Assembly: GCA_903813345.2 (NCBI GenBank) | Contig: CAIIXF020000001.1 | Coordinates: 5,146,001-5,210,000, forward strand | DNA from: Owenia fusiformis | Lineage: Eukaryota | Direction: 5' to 3' | Length of the DNA: 64,000 nt | Notes under the pieces: generated by a model | Told to the model about the DNA's origin: nothing | The model's database searches: none | What the model saw: only the letters and a program-made list of their open reading frames with translations | In this document: positions 1 to 11,134 of the stretch, piece after piece | How the letters are laid out: each line of letters opens with the position of its first letter | How positions within the stretch are numbered: position 1 is the first letter of the stretch | Position numbers and translations under genes: made by a program

Positions 1-257
1 CTGGCTATAAATTCCCAATTTGTAACAATGATATCCTTCAAATCGTGCCTATTTACTCACAACAGATGGAGCACGAATCCAATTCTAAATTTTGTGCAAC
101 ATCTTCACTTTGGTACATTATCTGTCTAATAAAGCCTGCAGTTTGAGGTTACAAAAACACAATTCTCCCAGCATGCCTAAAACATGTATATGCCAACAAG
201 GCAACATTTTACCCTTTTTTCTTTATACAAAAATCTTTACGCACTTCTGGTAAATCA

Positions 258-572
258 TACCCTTTGCATTCGTTTGACTTCACTTCTTAAAAGAGAGCTT
301 GGTCTTCACTCTTTCAAACTAAAATAAACCTGTGAACTCACCGCGCCAATCAGTGTTCGTCGGCCAAATTTGACCGACGTCCTATATATGGCCATTCCTT
401 CTGACGTCATCGTTGAGCCCAGAATTGACCAATGACATGTGAACATTTAATTAGAACGCATTTGGCGTACGTTTATTTATGTGTGATTTATTACCCAAAC
501 TGTCACCGGTACCCGTCGTGGGGGCGGGGCTACTAAACTGCAATATGGTCTCTACTAGGCACACGCAGGGTA
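258..572. mobile_element. Non-autonomous DNA element, TACCCT...AGGGTA termini, 9-bp TSD (family A, copy 1)
   Basis: GGTAAATCA flanks both ends (249-257, 573-581); near-identical to 24932-25309. Confidence 0.85.
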
Positions 573-871
573 GGTAAATCAATAACATACATTTCAAATA
601 AATAAAAATTTCGTGAGATCTCGATCCATCCAGAGACGGACATATAGCTAAAACAGATCCATGCGAGAAGAAAAAATGTGGCTTCCACCTTAATCAGAAA
701 TAAGAGCAAATAAACAACAAGGTGTCGAAGTTATACCCCATGCATCGAAGTTAGAATACCTCAAATTGAAACAAAATGTTGTCTATGTTAGAGTACAGGG
801 AGGCAATGACGTCCATGTAGGTAGTTGTCCGACACTCAGTGTATGCAGGCATTTGTCCAACAATTACACCC

Positions 872-954
872 TTACTCACGTCGAGAGCTACCATGTTAGA
901 TTTTGAAAGTATAGCTTATACTTTCAAAATCTAAGTAGCTCTCGACGGGAGTAA
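872..954. repeat. ~80-bp near-perfect palindrome (mini-MITE)
   Basis: TTACTCACGTCGAGAGCTAC..TTAGATTTTGAAAGTATA is mirrored by TATACTTTCAAAATCTAAGTAGCTCTCGACGGGAGTAA; diverged copy at 9443-9515. Confidence 0.75.
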
Positions 955-1782
955 TTACAGTACACCCCTTCTTGAATTTGAAAGTCCATGATGATCTAAA
1001 CATGTCTTTGAAATGGAAAGAAAGAACGTTATAAACATACTCACTTTTTGGACACCTATCACGAATGCATAAAAATAGAAGGCAATCTGCCAGAATGTTG
1101 TTGTAAAGCCACTTTGTCCATTCTCATTTTGTAATTTGGTGAAGTAAAAGTATAAACAAATCCAGGATCAAATGTCAATTGTGTTGGTAAAAATTTTCTT
1201 TTGCCTCATTTTGGTCCTCGATTTATTGCTCATTTTCGCTTTCGTTTTATATAAAAATACGCTATAATCACCCTCATAAAATACCACGATTCTGTTAAAA
1301 TGCCTAATCAGATAACTATTGCCAATTAGGCATATATTGTAGCTTATCATAAATCATAAAACATTATGAAAATTATTGAGACACCATTATGATAACTTCC
1401 GGGGTCAGTACAAACTTCACGAAAACACAGAGACATGTAGCACTATGATATGAGATGAGCACTATGATAGGCCCTGTAGTATATTAAAGTAGTATATAAA
1501 GCATATCAGTCTCCCATATCAGGCAGCCTCATATCAGTCATCATAAACGTGCTACAAGATCCTGTGCACGAAAACATCATTTTAAAGAGTTTTATGAAGA
1601 AATTGCATGTTCCACATTGTAAAAGTACATCAGTTTTATACATTATTCTAATAGTGCATGGTCTTATTGAGTTGAACGTTTGAACAACTAAACAATAACA
1701 TCTACCAATTTTTTTACATTTATTGTGGGCTATAATAGATGATAAAATACCATATTTAAGGTTCAGCTGGAAAGTAACATTT

Positions 1783-2220
1783 TGGTAAAAAATTGCTATA
1801 CCTGCACATGTTATTTTCTGGTACATAATTAAGTATGAAGGCATGTGTGTATTTCCTTGCTTTTTTCAGGAAAGTAGCATTACACTGTCTACTTTTAGTA
1901 AACCTGGAAACAGGTCAATGGTAGATCTAGCTCCTGTGTTGTCTGGAAACTTTGAAAGAAAATTTGGAAAAACAGGAAGTGTGAAATATCAGAATTCCCT
2001 GGAGTTCCCTTTGAACGCCTACCAGATATTCTAAAAGAAGACAATGTAATGATACTTTCCTGAAAAAAGCAAGGAAATTGATACATGCCTTCATACTTTA
2101 TTTTGAAAAAAAAAATTTTATTGTAAAAAATTGCTATACCTGCACATGTTATTTTCTGGTACAAAATAAAGTATGAAGGCATGTGTCAATTGCCTTCCTT
2201 TTTTCAGGAAAGTATCATTA
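1783..2220. repeat. Direct/inverted/direct triplication of a ~100-bp segment (foldback element remnant)
   Basis: 1783-1898 recurs inverted at ~2031-2100 and direct at ~2121-2220. Confidence 0.7.
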
Positions 2221-2393
2221 TGTAATGACCCGAGGGCGCCCCAGGGGAATGACTAATTAACTAACAACTAACGAGCATAGTGTAACAAGCCAGATAAAGA
2301 AATTGAAAGAAAGTGTGCTAAATTCAATGCCCCGCATGGGAATCGAACCTACAGCTGGGCCGTAGTAGCAACTTGCTATCAAGGGTCGTTACA
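2221..2393 (-). mobile_element. Diverged solo LTR of the tRNA-containing TRIM family
   Basis: TGTAATGACCC...GGGTCGTTACA termini; shares core GTGCTAAATTCAATGCCCC..GGGAATCGAACC with 3326-3534; no matching TSD. Confidence 0.7.
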
Positions 2394-3325
2394 AATGTCC
2401 TAAATATCAAAAATCCTCAAAATAACCCCACATTTATGGGGGTAAGTTTTACTTACCTTAGATTCTTAGTAATCTATTTAGTATAATATTGTTTCCAAAA
2501 TTATTGTCATTTGTGATAATTAGTACTAAAAGTATTTTGAACAGGTCAGCTGCCATTTGCTTGGCCCAATCGTACCAGTCCACAAAAACAGTGAAATCAT
2601 ATTGAAAATACCAATAAAACTTTAAATTGAGGCAGATGCGATACAAAGTTACAGTCACCAAGATGAGCTAATTTCAGGCGAGATTCGGGAAATAAAAAGG
2701 TAGGTCATTCTTGTTTCCAGTCCTCTTAAATAATCTATGCTCCGGCTTTCGCCAGAAACTTACTTGACGTCCGTGATATTTGGGGGATTTTTACGGGACA
2801 TTTCCACAGACAAATGCTCTTATTTAATACAATTGGAAAATATTGAAATCTTTGGATTGATTATGAAAAAACAAGGATTTTCGGTGCATAACCCCATATA
2901 CCAAGGGATAGCTCCATATGTCCCCTTTAAAACTGAAAATGTTTTTGCATAGAAAGGCCATTGAAATAAAAAGATATGACCGCTTTTTCCGCCATCTATC
3001 CGAATTTTAAAAAATTTTCAATAGATTTCGAACTCAAGACCACCGCCACAAAAACTCAAATATTTGAAGTGAACCGAATCATTTCTTTATACTTTTTGTA
3101 AAATTATATACACACAAGATAAACAAAATAAAATATAAAATCTGTACATTTTCAGTTTTCACTAGTATTTTCACTATATATTTTCACTATATTGTAGGTC
3201 ATTCAAGACTTTCGAGGGGTGTAAAAAAATCTCAAAAATAATATGTTGTTTTTTTATCCAGAAAAGGGTACTTAATGTGTTAGTCAAATGTCTATAGTAT
3301 CTACCTTTTTAGGGCAAAAGACCTT

Positions 3326-3534
3326 TGTAACGACCCTTGGGCACGCTCGTCGGGGAGCTGTAGTGTACCGAGCCAGATACTAGACTCGAAAGAGAATGTG
3401 CTAAATTCAATGCCCCATGCGGGAATCGAACCCAGGACCTTCCGCTCTCGAGTCAGACGCTCTACCCCTGAGCCATAAAGGCTAGCCGCTATAGCTGAGA
3501 CTGTAGTAGCGACTTGCTATCGAAGGTCATTGCA
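3326..3534 (-). mobile_element. Solo LTR (209 bp) of the tRNA-containing TRIM, 4-bp TSD
   Basis: TG...CA ends, CCTT on both sides; matches the LTRs at 32580-32782 and 32851-33032; tRNA-like segment at 3411-3482 on the minus strand. Confidence 0.9.
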
Positions 3535-4015
3535 CCTTGGATAAATACCGTTCCTAGCTCCAGAGAGGTGATTTAGTCAAAAATTTGACGAAATGAGATA
3601 TCGAAAACTGGGGGGATAGGAAACAAATCTCACCCGGGACCTAAGATACTAAATAGATAATGATTTTTTTTAAATAAGTGTATTTGAGTTATAAAAATAG
3701 TTTTTCTTGGTAGAGAAGTTCCAGGGAAAAATCCAGAGGGGGGGGTCATCCGATCCAATTGCTTGAAAAATAGAAATCACGCATCAATTTAGGGTGTACT
3801 GTATGATAAAATGACACTCAAATCACGCAATATGTTCATATATTTAAAAAAATCTTTTTATTAAAATGCCAATACGGTAAAAATACATATGATACTTTTT
3901 CAATTTTAGCCAATATTTTTTCCATTAGAAAACACCTTGTGCCACTAGTACTTGCTGTGAACCCCCCCCCCCCCCCATTTCAATAATTTATAACTTAGTT
4001 TATTCATTTAGGACC

Positions 4016-5070
4016 ATGGGGCGCAGATATGTTAGTAAGAATGTGTGAAGGCAGTACTCACAAGAACAGCTGCAAGCTGCCATTGATGAGGTGAAACATG
4101 GGCGTTCCATACATAAGGCTATAGAGGAGCATGGTGTCCCCACTATAACACTGTCTGATGGAAGGTAAGCTTTAGGTATTGTATATTCATTCTTATTTCT
4201 ATATGTATATTCTTTTTGATTGTATGCGCCAATTTTAATTTTAGGTGATGGAAACAAATGGGTTAATGGAAGGCTCGGTGGCAAAATGCTAGATACATTA
4301 TGCAACCCGGAAAGGTAATATATAACATTGTGGTTAAAATTAATTTCAATGCAAGATTACCAGATGTATTTGAACAGTTAATCTGTGAACCCCCCCCCCC
4401 TCAATGCTGTGGGAAATGTTGATGCGAAATTCACTATTTTAAGTTAATGACCCACTGTCCCACTCCCCTCTGCTGTTCAAATACAGATAGCTTTCCAATA
4501 TTTATATTTTGAAATGCTCCCTTAATTGAGTTCAGTTGATTTCAAATTTATCTTCATTAGTCTTTTGGAATTTCAAATTACATTTCCACTACAGATTTAG
4601 TCTTGCAACAAGTCTCTGGTTGCCCCATGATACTATTTACCCAATGGAAAGTTGGTATGAAAGGAAATGAGAAACTTGAGCTTGATGCAAGACCTGTTTA
4701 ATATTTACAGTTTTGTTATTTACATATGTTTGTACCCGTTCTTTTAGTGTAATGGATAGCACGTTTTGCCTAAAGGTGAGAAGGTGTTGGTTCGAATCCA
4801 ACAAGGAACTACAATTAGTAATAAAACAAAACTGTTAATTTTTGTTGAACTGAAATAAAGTTATTGTATCAAATCACCATTTGCTAAAATATTTTTGAAT
4901 CAACTGAACTTCTATGTTATTTCACATGTGGCTAATATTTCCTTAAAATTATTATTAAATTGCATGATCTGATATTGTCTTCAGGATTGGTTTGAAGGCT
5001 TGAAGAAGCGCCATAAGAATATTTTGATCAGAAAGGCCGAAGCATTGACCTCAAACAGGGCAAAAACCTT
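4016..5070 (+). pseudogene. pogo/Tigger-like transposase N-terminus relic (psq HTH + CENP-B HTH), apparently intron-split
   Basis: 4016-4164 reads MGRRYVSKNV*RQYSQEQLQAAIDEVKHGRSIHKAIEEHGVPTITLSD then GTAAG; from 4985, after AG, DWFEGLKKRHKNILIRKAEALTSNRAK; in-frame TGA at 4046. Confidence 0.65.
4738..4810 (+). tRNA. tRNA-like sequence (pseudo-tRNA or TE-borne); anticodon not assignable
   Basis: Acceptor stem GTTCTTT/AAGGAAC, D arm GTGT-AATGGATA-GCAC, T arm GTTGG-TTCGAAT-CCAAC; irregular anticodon arm. Confidence 0.55.
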
Positions 5071-6270
5071 GAAATTGAAGAGGCACTTAACAGATTCCGC
5101 CTTTGGAGCACTGATGACTAGAAGCCAAAGTTCTTCATGACAGACTATGATGAAAGTAGAAATTCGTGCTATAGAAAATGGTACCATAAAAGTCTTACAC
5201 TAGCTTTAGTTAAATCTAGGGGAGCATCTAAAATTAAATGTAGTATTACTAACTTTATTTGAACAGTTAATCTATGACCCAATAACTGTGTTTTAGAAAT
5301 GTATAATACATTATTTCGAATGTCACACTATATATAAATCTATATCTTTTAAGGCTCATGACCCCCTCTCCCTTGCTGTCACAACTAACATGTCTATGTC
5401 AATGCATACAAATTAGCATTTTTGCTTTAAATTAACATTTCATTCAGAAAACAACAATATGTTGCAAATGGAATGCCTCTGTTCCAAATTAATTTGTGAT
5501 TCAATCATTTTTTCTTCAGTTGATCTGATTATCCCATCGAACGAATTTGTTAAGGAGCGTTATATCTTAACGTACTTTTATCATCCCGAACTCAAACATT
5601 TTGAATACTTATTTCGCGAACGCTTTGTTGAGAATGGATTCAAGATGAACTCAAAATTAATACGTTGAAATGTGTTCTATCATCTTAATGACCACCTCAC
5701 AAATTACTTTGGAAATCAAAGGTGTACGATTTTTGAGACTTTTAATTTTGAATGTTGACTTAGTTACTCGACTTGACTGTTTATCGTGCCATTAAAAAGT
5801 TAAAAAAGAAATTTTAGTACATTTTAGAGTGTGATACTCCGGCGTCGTTTTCAATAGCTTTACTCTTAGCGGTCTGGACTTCAAAGAGAAGTGAAGGTTA
5901 TCCGCAAATGATCATTGCACTTTGGCAACATGCTCCCCCAAGCTGGACAAATATTTCGATGACACCCCGTGAGTACATGTATTTTTATATGGGCGATTTA
6001 TACGTAAACGTTGCCATTTCAATTCATATACTTACTCAACTCTCCACTATTTTACAAATCAGTGTTGTTGAATCAAGTAAATGAGAACCCGATGTCAAAT
6101 CACCTGGTGCCATTCAGAATATATTAATTAAAAAAATTATACAACTGCAATACATTGCCCTGTTGCCACACATGTTCCATTACATATTCATCCACCCTAA
6201 TTAAAATACAGACTGCTAAAGAGTTCAAATTAATTTACAAATATTTCTTATATTTTCTGTTATATAATTA

Positions 6271-6677
6271 CAGGGTGGTAAAAAACGGCAACCATGTATT
6301 TTCCTCATATTTCTGACATTTAAAGAAATTACAACCTGTTATTTGGCATATTTGTACAACAAGTTCCTACCACCCTACCATTATTCATGACCATCAGACT
6401 GAAAGTCGCAATGTTGCAACACTTTGAACAACATGCCCCAGATGTGGCCATCATCGCGCAGGTTTGCCTACAGTGCAATATTGGCAACTGGAACATGTTG
6501 TTTAAAGTGCTGTAGCATTGTGACTATCAGTCTGAAAGATGAAATATGGTAGGCAAGTGGAAAATTGAATAATGTACATATGTGCCAAATATCAGGGAGT
6601 AATTCCCTAAAATGACAAAGATGATGGTATATATGTATGGGGAAAATAGTGACAGGGCTGCCGTTTTTACCACCCTG
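6271..6677. mobile_element. Tc1/mariner-type MITE
   Basis: TA-flanked CAGGGTGGTAAAAA..CGGCA TIRs; imperfectly palindromic through the interior. Confidence 0.85.
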
Positions 6678-6805
6678 TACATAAATGTTACGAATGAAAT
6701 AAGTATCTATTTATAACATGCGACTGAGAAGAAGATAACTTAATTGAACTACGTAATGAACTCAGTTGGTATTCAAGTCATAATGGACAAACACTGAATA
6801 AGAAC

Positions 6806-8601
6806 ATGAAAGCCATCTCGTTTCTCTGGAAATCAAAGAAGAACAGAAAGTAAGTATTCTTTAATTTGTTCGTTTTTTGGGTCAAAAATACTCATACTCA
6901 AACCAAACAATTAATTATTAAAATTACTCATACTCAAACCAAACAATTAATTAATTAAAACATTGCAATATCGATCATATATATAATTAAATCATTAAAA
7001 AATATTCTTTTGGAAATTATTTTAGGAAATCGAAAATACAGGAAACAGCAGTTGACGGGTTTGGTGCCACGCTTTGTCAATCTATAAATAAGTACGACAA
7101 TACCAGTTGTGTTGATGCTTTGACAATCTATGAGAACGATACACCAACAAATACACTGAAGTATCGTGGGGATGCTATCAATCCAAATGTGAGCCAGAAG
7201 TCATCATTAAGAGAAGATCCAAAATTTACTACTAGATTTAGTTTAACACACAAAAGGAAAAGGACTATCAGTAATAACGAATCAAGTATAAGTGTTCGTT
7301 TTGAGGACTTTGACTTCCTAGATGACGAAGACTGTGGACCGTGTAGCACACTTAATGTCGAAGAGAACAACATAATAAGTGAGCGTACACGAGTAAGTTT
7401 CCCGGATCAGGACTTGAATGCAATAATGAATCCATATTATGGTAATCCAGCCTCGGCGGTTCATTATGGTCCACAGCAATCGCTAACGGTATACAATTAT
7501 GGGGGACAAGAACAGCTAGCACCATATCCACAGTGGCAGTATACCCAGGGACAAGGTAGAACACAGGCCAACATGCAACAGTGGTTAGGATGGCGGCAGC
7601 AAATGAACGATCGGTTGGCTACGCAAAGTGTTTCTCGACAGACCATCGGATCAACAATTGAAGATGGATTCGGTGTCCCTCCTATGAATTCTGTTTTAAG
7701 TCAAGTATATCACAAGAATGTAATGCAAACCCCTCTCAGCAAAAAGGATTACTTGATGTATGGACTGCCACGGGTTGCGTTACAAAATCATAATTACTAT
7801 GGAAACAACTATCAATACAACAACAACGCTAAGAAAACACAATATAAACCCCAATGTACTGCAGACATCATTAATCACGAGGTACCCCCAACCACCATGC
7901 ACCCATTGAACGAGGAGGATTCCGACGATGAGTATTCAGGCGGTAGTGAACAGAGCCTCCATATAGGCAGAGCTCCAGCTGTACAGTCCCGATTATTTTC
8001 CAAAACTAGCAGAGCCGCAGCTCGACAACGCCGTGAGGTCCAACCTTCGGCCATCTTTGGAAAACTAGATGCCGATATAAATGATAGAAAACCAATTTCA
8101 CGTTCATCAAGCAAAGTCAGTGAGCTCGCTAAAAGGTTTGATGGCCATCAAAGCGCCATGCCCCGTCGAAGAGGACCTTCAACGAGCACGTGTACATCAA
8201 ATATTGTCCCACAAGGGCCTCCACTTCCCCCGATATTAAGAAGTCACCAGATTCAACATGAAACCAATACAAAAGTGTCATATTCCGACGACGAATCATC
8301 AGAGGATGATAGCATCAGTGACAAACGTGGACAGTCCGTATTCCGCGGAAGGAATTTCAATATTCCCACAATTTCCTCATCCCCCAAGCTCAGACGCCTC
8401 CCTGAACCAAACACAACCCCCGGTGAACCTGAACCAGTATATTTAAAACAACCAAAACGAAATTTTGTCATAGAGAAACCTCGTTTAGAAAAAAAATACC
8501 CACGGATTCCAAGTCCAAATGCGTCTCCTCCGGCAGAGAATGGGAAGAATGATGGCGATGGTTCTATCAAATCACTCACAAACCCATTTGGATGGATGTG
8601 A
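6806..8601 (+). CDS. Uncharacterised low-complexity/disordered protein, ~539 aa, 2 coding exons (6806-6849, 7026-8601)
   Basis: Long open frame in AT-rich DNA extends upstream to a TTTTAG acceptor at 7025; upstream ATG exon ends in phase 2 at GTAAGT and joins in frame (MKAISFLWKSKKNRKKSKIQ...). Confidence 0.75.
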
Positions 8602-10310
8602 TTCTGAAATATATTGGAATAATTTTTCGTAACATCAGCTAATATTCAAATTTTTAACATGCTGTTGCACCAAGTCGTTCTAATTAGAATTGAAGTTTAT
8701 AAAATCTGTCACCAGTCTTTGACATACTATAATTGAGTCATTTTCTCCACAATAAGATATTGTTGGGTCTCTACGAAACGATGACGCCAATATGATAGGA
8801 CAAACTTCAGAGTTCAGAGTAACATACGATACTTTATTATAAGTCCAACTATACTATCTATTTACAAGCTGTACATTACTGAGCTACTGTACTGACTAAG
8901 AGACCCAAATGTAACTTCGCATCGTAACTCACTAGAAACTACTCAAAAACTACTATTGTTGGCATGTTGCCAAACCACGATTGGCAACCTGCCAATGACC
9001 AATTTGGCAAAGTGCCAATGAAACTTAATGATCAAATTATTCTAAGTTCTTACTGACATGTCACTGAAAATGGTTAAGTCCAACTGTATGAATGATTAAA
9101 ATTGTCTAAGTCATGAACCACTGGTGTTGAAAAATGACAAAGTCCAGCCCCTTTGGTTGGATGTAAAATGTTTAAGTATTGAGATACAGGCTCGTGAAAA
9201 TAACAGAGTCCAGCTAGTCTGGTTATGAGAAATGACCAAGTGTTGCCTATATGATGAGTGAAAAGAACAGAGTTGTGGCTTTTGGCTTCACTGATTTTGT
9301 TAAGTCTTGATGGACAGCTATTCTGCCATCTTTAGGTAAGAATTGAAACCTAGCATGACTTAGAAAAACCAAACACTATCCTCTAACCGATCCTTCTTTA
9401 AGTCAATGATAATTTTTTTGATCCTAGTAATGTGAAATTTAGTTACTCACTTCGAGAGCCATGTTAGATTTTGAAACTATTATATCAAAATCCAAATAGC
9501 TTTCGCAGGAAGTAAAAATTTAGGATTTCTGATTTTTGAACGGTTCGATATTCTATTTTTAATATTTATTTGACAGACGCCTTAGAACCGGCGGCACACT
9601 AACATAGGTGCGTCACATTTAAAACAATAATTTGTACTAAAAACATTTATACAAGAACTTTTATTTATTTCAAAGGACACTTTAAAAGCCTTATTTGACA
9701 AAATTGTCAAAATTAATTCCATTAGCTTGCCCCCAGTCCATATAAATATATAACATCACCTTACAGGCAATCGGCCGTCATCTGCGCCAAGCCCTATTTA
9801 GAGAGATTTCTTTTCCAAATCTCTTTAAAATTTGGCACATCTCGCGCCTTCGCGATACTTTTCGAGATCTCGACCCCGACCTCTTTCTAGTCAAAAGGGG
9901 ATCCCCTCCATGTAGAATGAATATGGCGACCTGAATTTTCTAAAAGGTAAGAAATTCTTCTTCAATTTGGTGTATAGAACGTTGCGATGCTTTGAAAAGA
10001 AGTATGTTTTTGGAGGGTCCGAACAACGAACATAAATTTTGAGTCGATGAGACCAGAGTACGCTGCAAACCATATCTTCAGCGGGCCATTAAACTTTGGT
10101 GTTCAAAATGGTTGAAATTCGTTTCAAAACATATCGTTTTTCGTTAATTTCAAGTAGTTTTGACGGGGCATCAGGTATCTTTCGAGATATATACGAAATA
10201 AAACCGATAATATGACTTCCGGTTTACCAATTTATCGAATAAATTGAAGGAGTTTGTACTAAAAGCCAAAGTTCTTGATCCGATTTTCAACAAAATTGGA
10301 GACCCTATCT

Positions 10311-11134
10311 GTTGCAAGACTTATGCCTGGCACAACCGTCAAAATTTGAGACCTTATCTGTTGCAAGACTTATGCTTGGCACAGCCGTCACCATGTTATA
10401 GTGTTTTTATTAAGTTTCGCAAGGATCCTACCAGGACCGTAGTACCACCCCCATAAATGTGGGGTTATTTTGATGTTTTTTTATATTTAGGACATTTGTT
10501 TGTCAAAATAATTATTTTGAGAAACAAATGTCTTAAATTTAAAAAAAACTCAATATAACCCCACATTTATGGGGGTAGGGATACCGACAATGCTATATTA
10601 TATTGCAAGGCCTGTCGTGACCGTGGTAATGTTAAAGCCTGATATGACCGTGACATTGATATATTATATTGCAAGGCCTGTCATTACCATGGTAATGTAA
10701 AAGCCTTGTATGACTGAGGCAATGGTTGTAAAACCTGTCATGACCGTGGTAATGAGGTTAAAGCACAGTATGACCGTAACAATGGTTATATTAAATTACA
10801 TTTAGTAGCATGAGAATACTGTAATGAAAATTTTCATCGTTTATCTACCTTAAATATGTAAATCTAGACAACTACTACATGTACTACTACTTTAACTCAT
10901 AATTCATTTCAACAAAATGAAATTCTAATTTCATTCAAGAATGTGAACATTGTCACTGTAAAAATAAGGCTTTTACATTACCACGGTCATGATATGCATT
11001 GCAATATAATATAGCATTGTCACGTTTATACCAGCGCTTTCATGATAACAATACCACAGTCATGGCAGGATCCTTGCGAAACTTAAAAACACTTAATAAC
11101 ATGGTGACGGTTGTGCCAGGCATAAGTCTTGCAA
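10311..11134. mobile_element. Foldback/MITE with long TIRs and internal ~30-bp repeats
   Basis: TTGCAAGACTTATGCCTGGCACAACCGTCA.. is inverted at 11068-11134; internal AAGGCCTGTCATGACCGTGGTAATG-like units. Confidence 0.7.
10447..10577. mobile_element. Palindromic MITE nested in the foldback element
   Basis: CCCCCATAAATGTGGGGTTAT.. / ..ATAACCCCACATTTATGGGGG; one arm also present at ~2391-2444. Confidence 0.75.

Noticed and set aside
1506-2182. Similar minus-strand ORFs starting MPSY
   Set aside because: Products of a local repeat; no coding signal
3411-3482. Functional tRNA gene on the minus strand
   Set aside because: It is embedded in a repeated LTR and has a poorly paired anticodon stem; treated as part of the TRIM
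7128-8579. Antisense and overlapping ORFs within the long ORF (likewise within the GPCR and bHLH exons)
   Set aside because: Shadow frames of real coding exons
9030-9300. CRISPR-like repeat/spacer periodicity (~30 bp), also at 10600-10790
   Set aside because: Degenerate minisatellite units in a eukaryotic context; no conserved repeat with unique spacers and no cas genes
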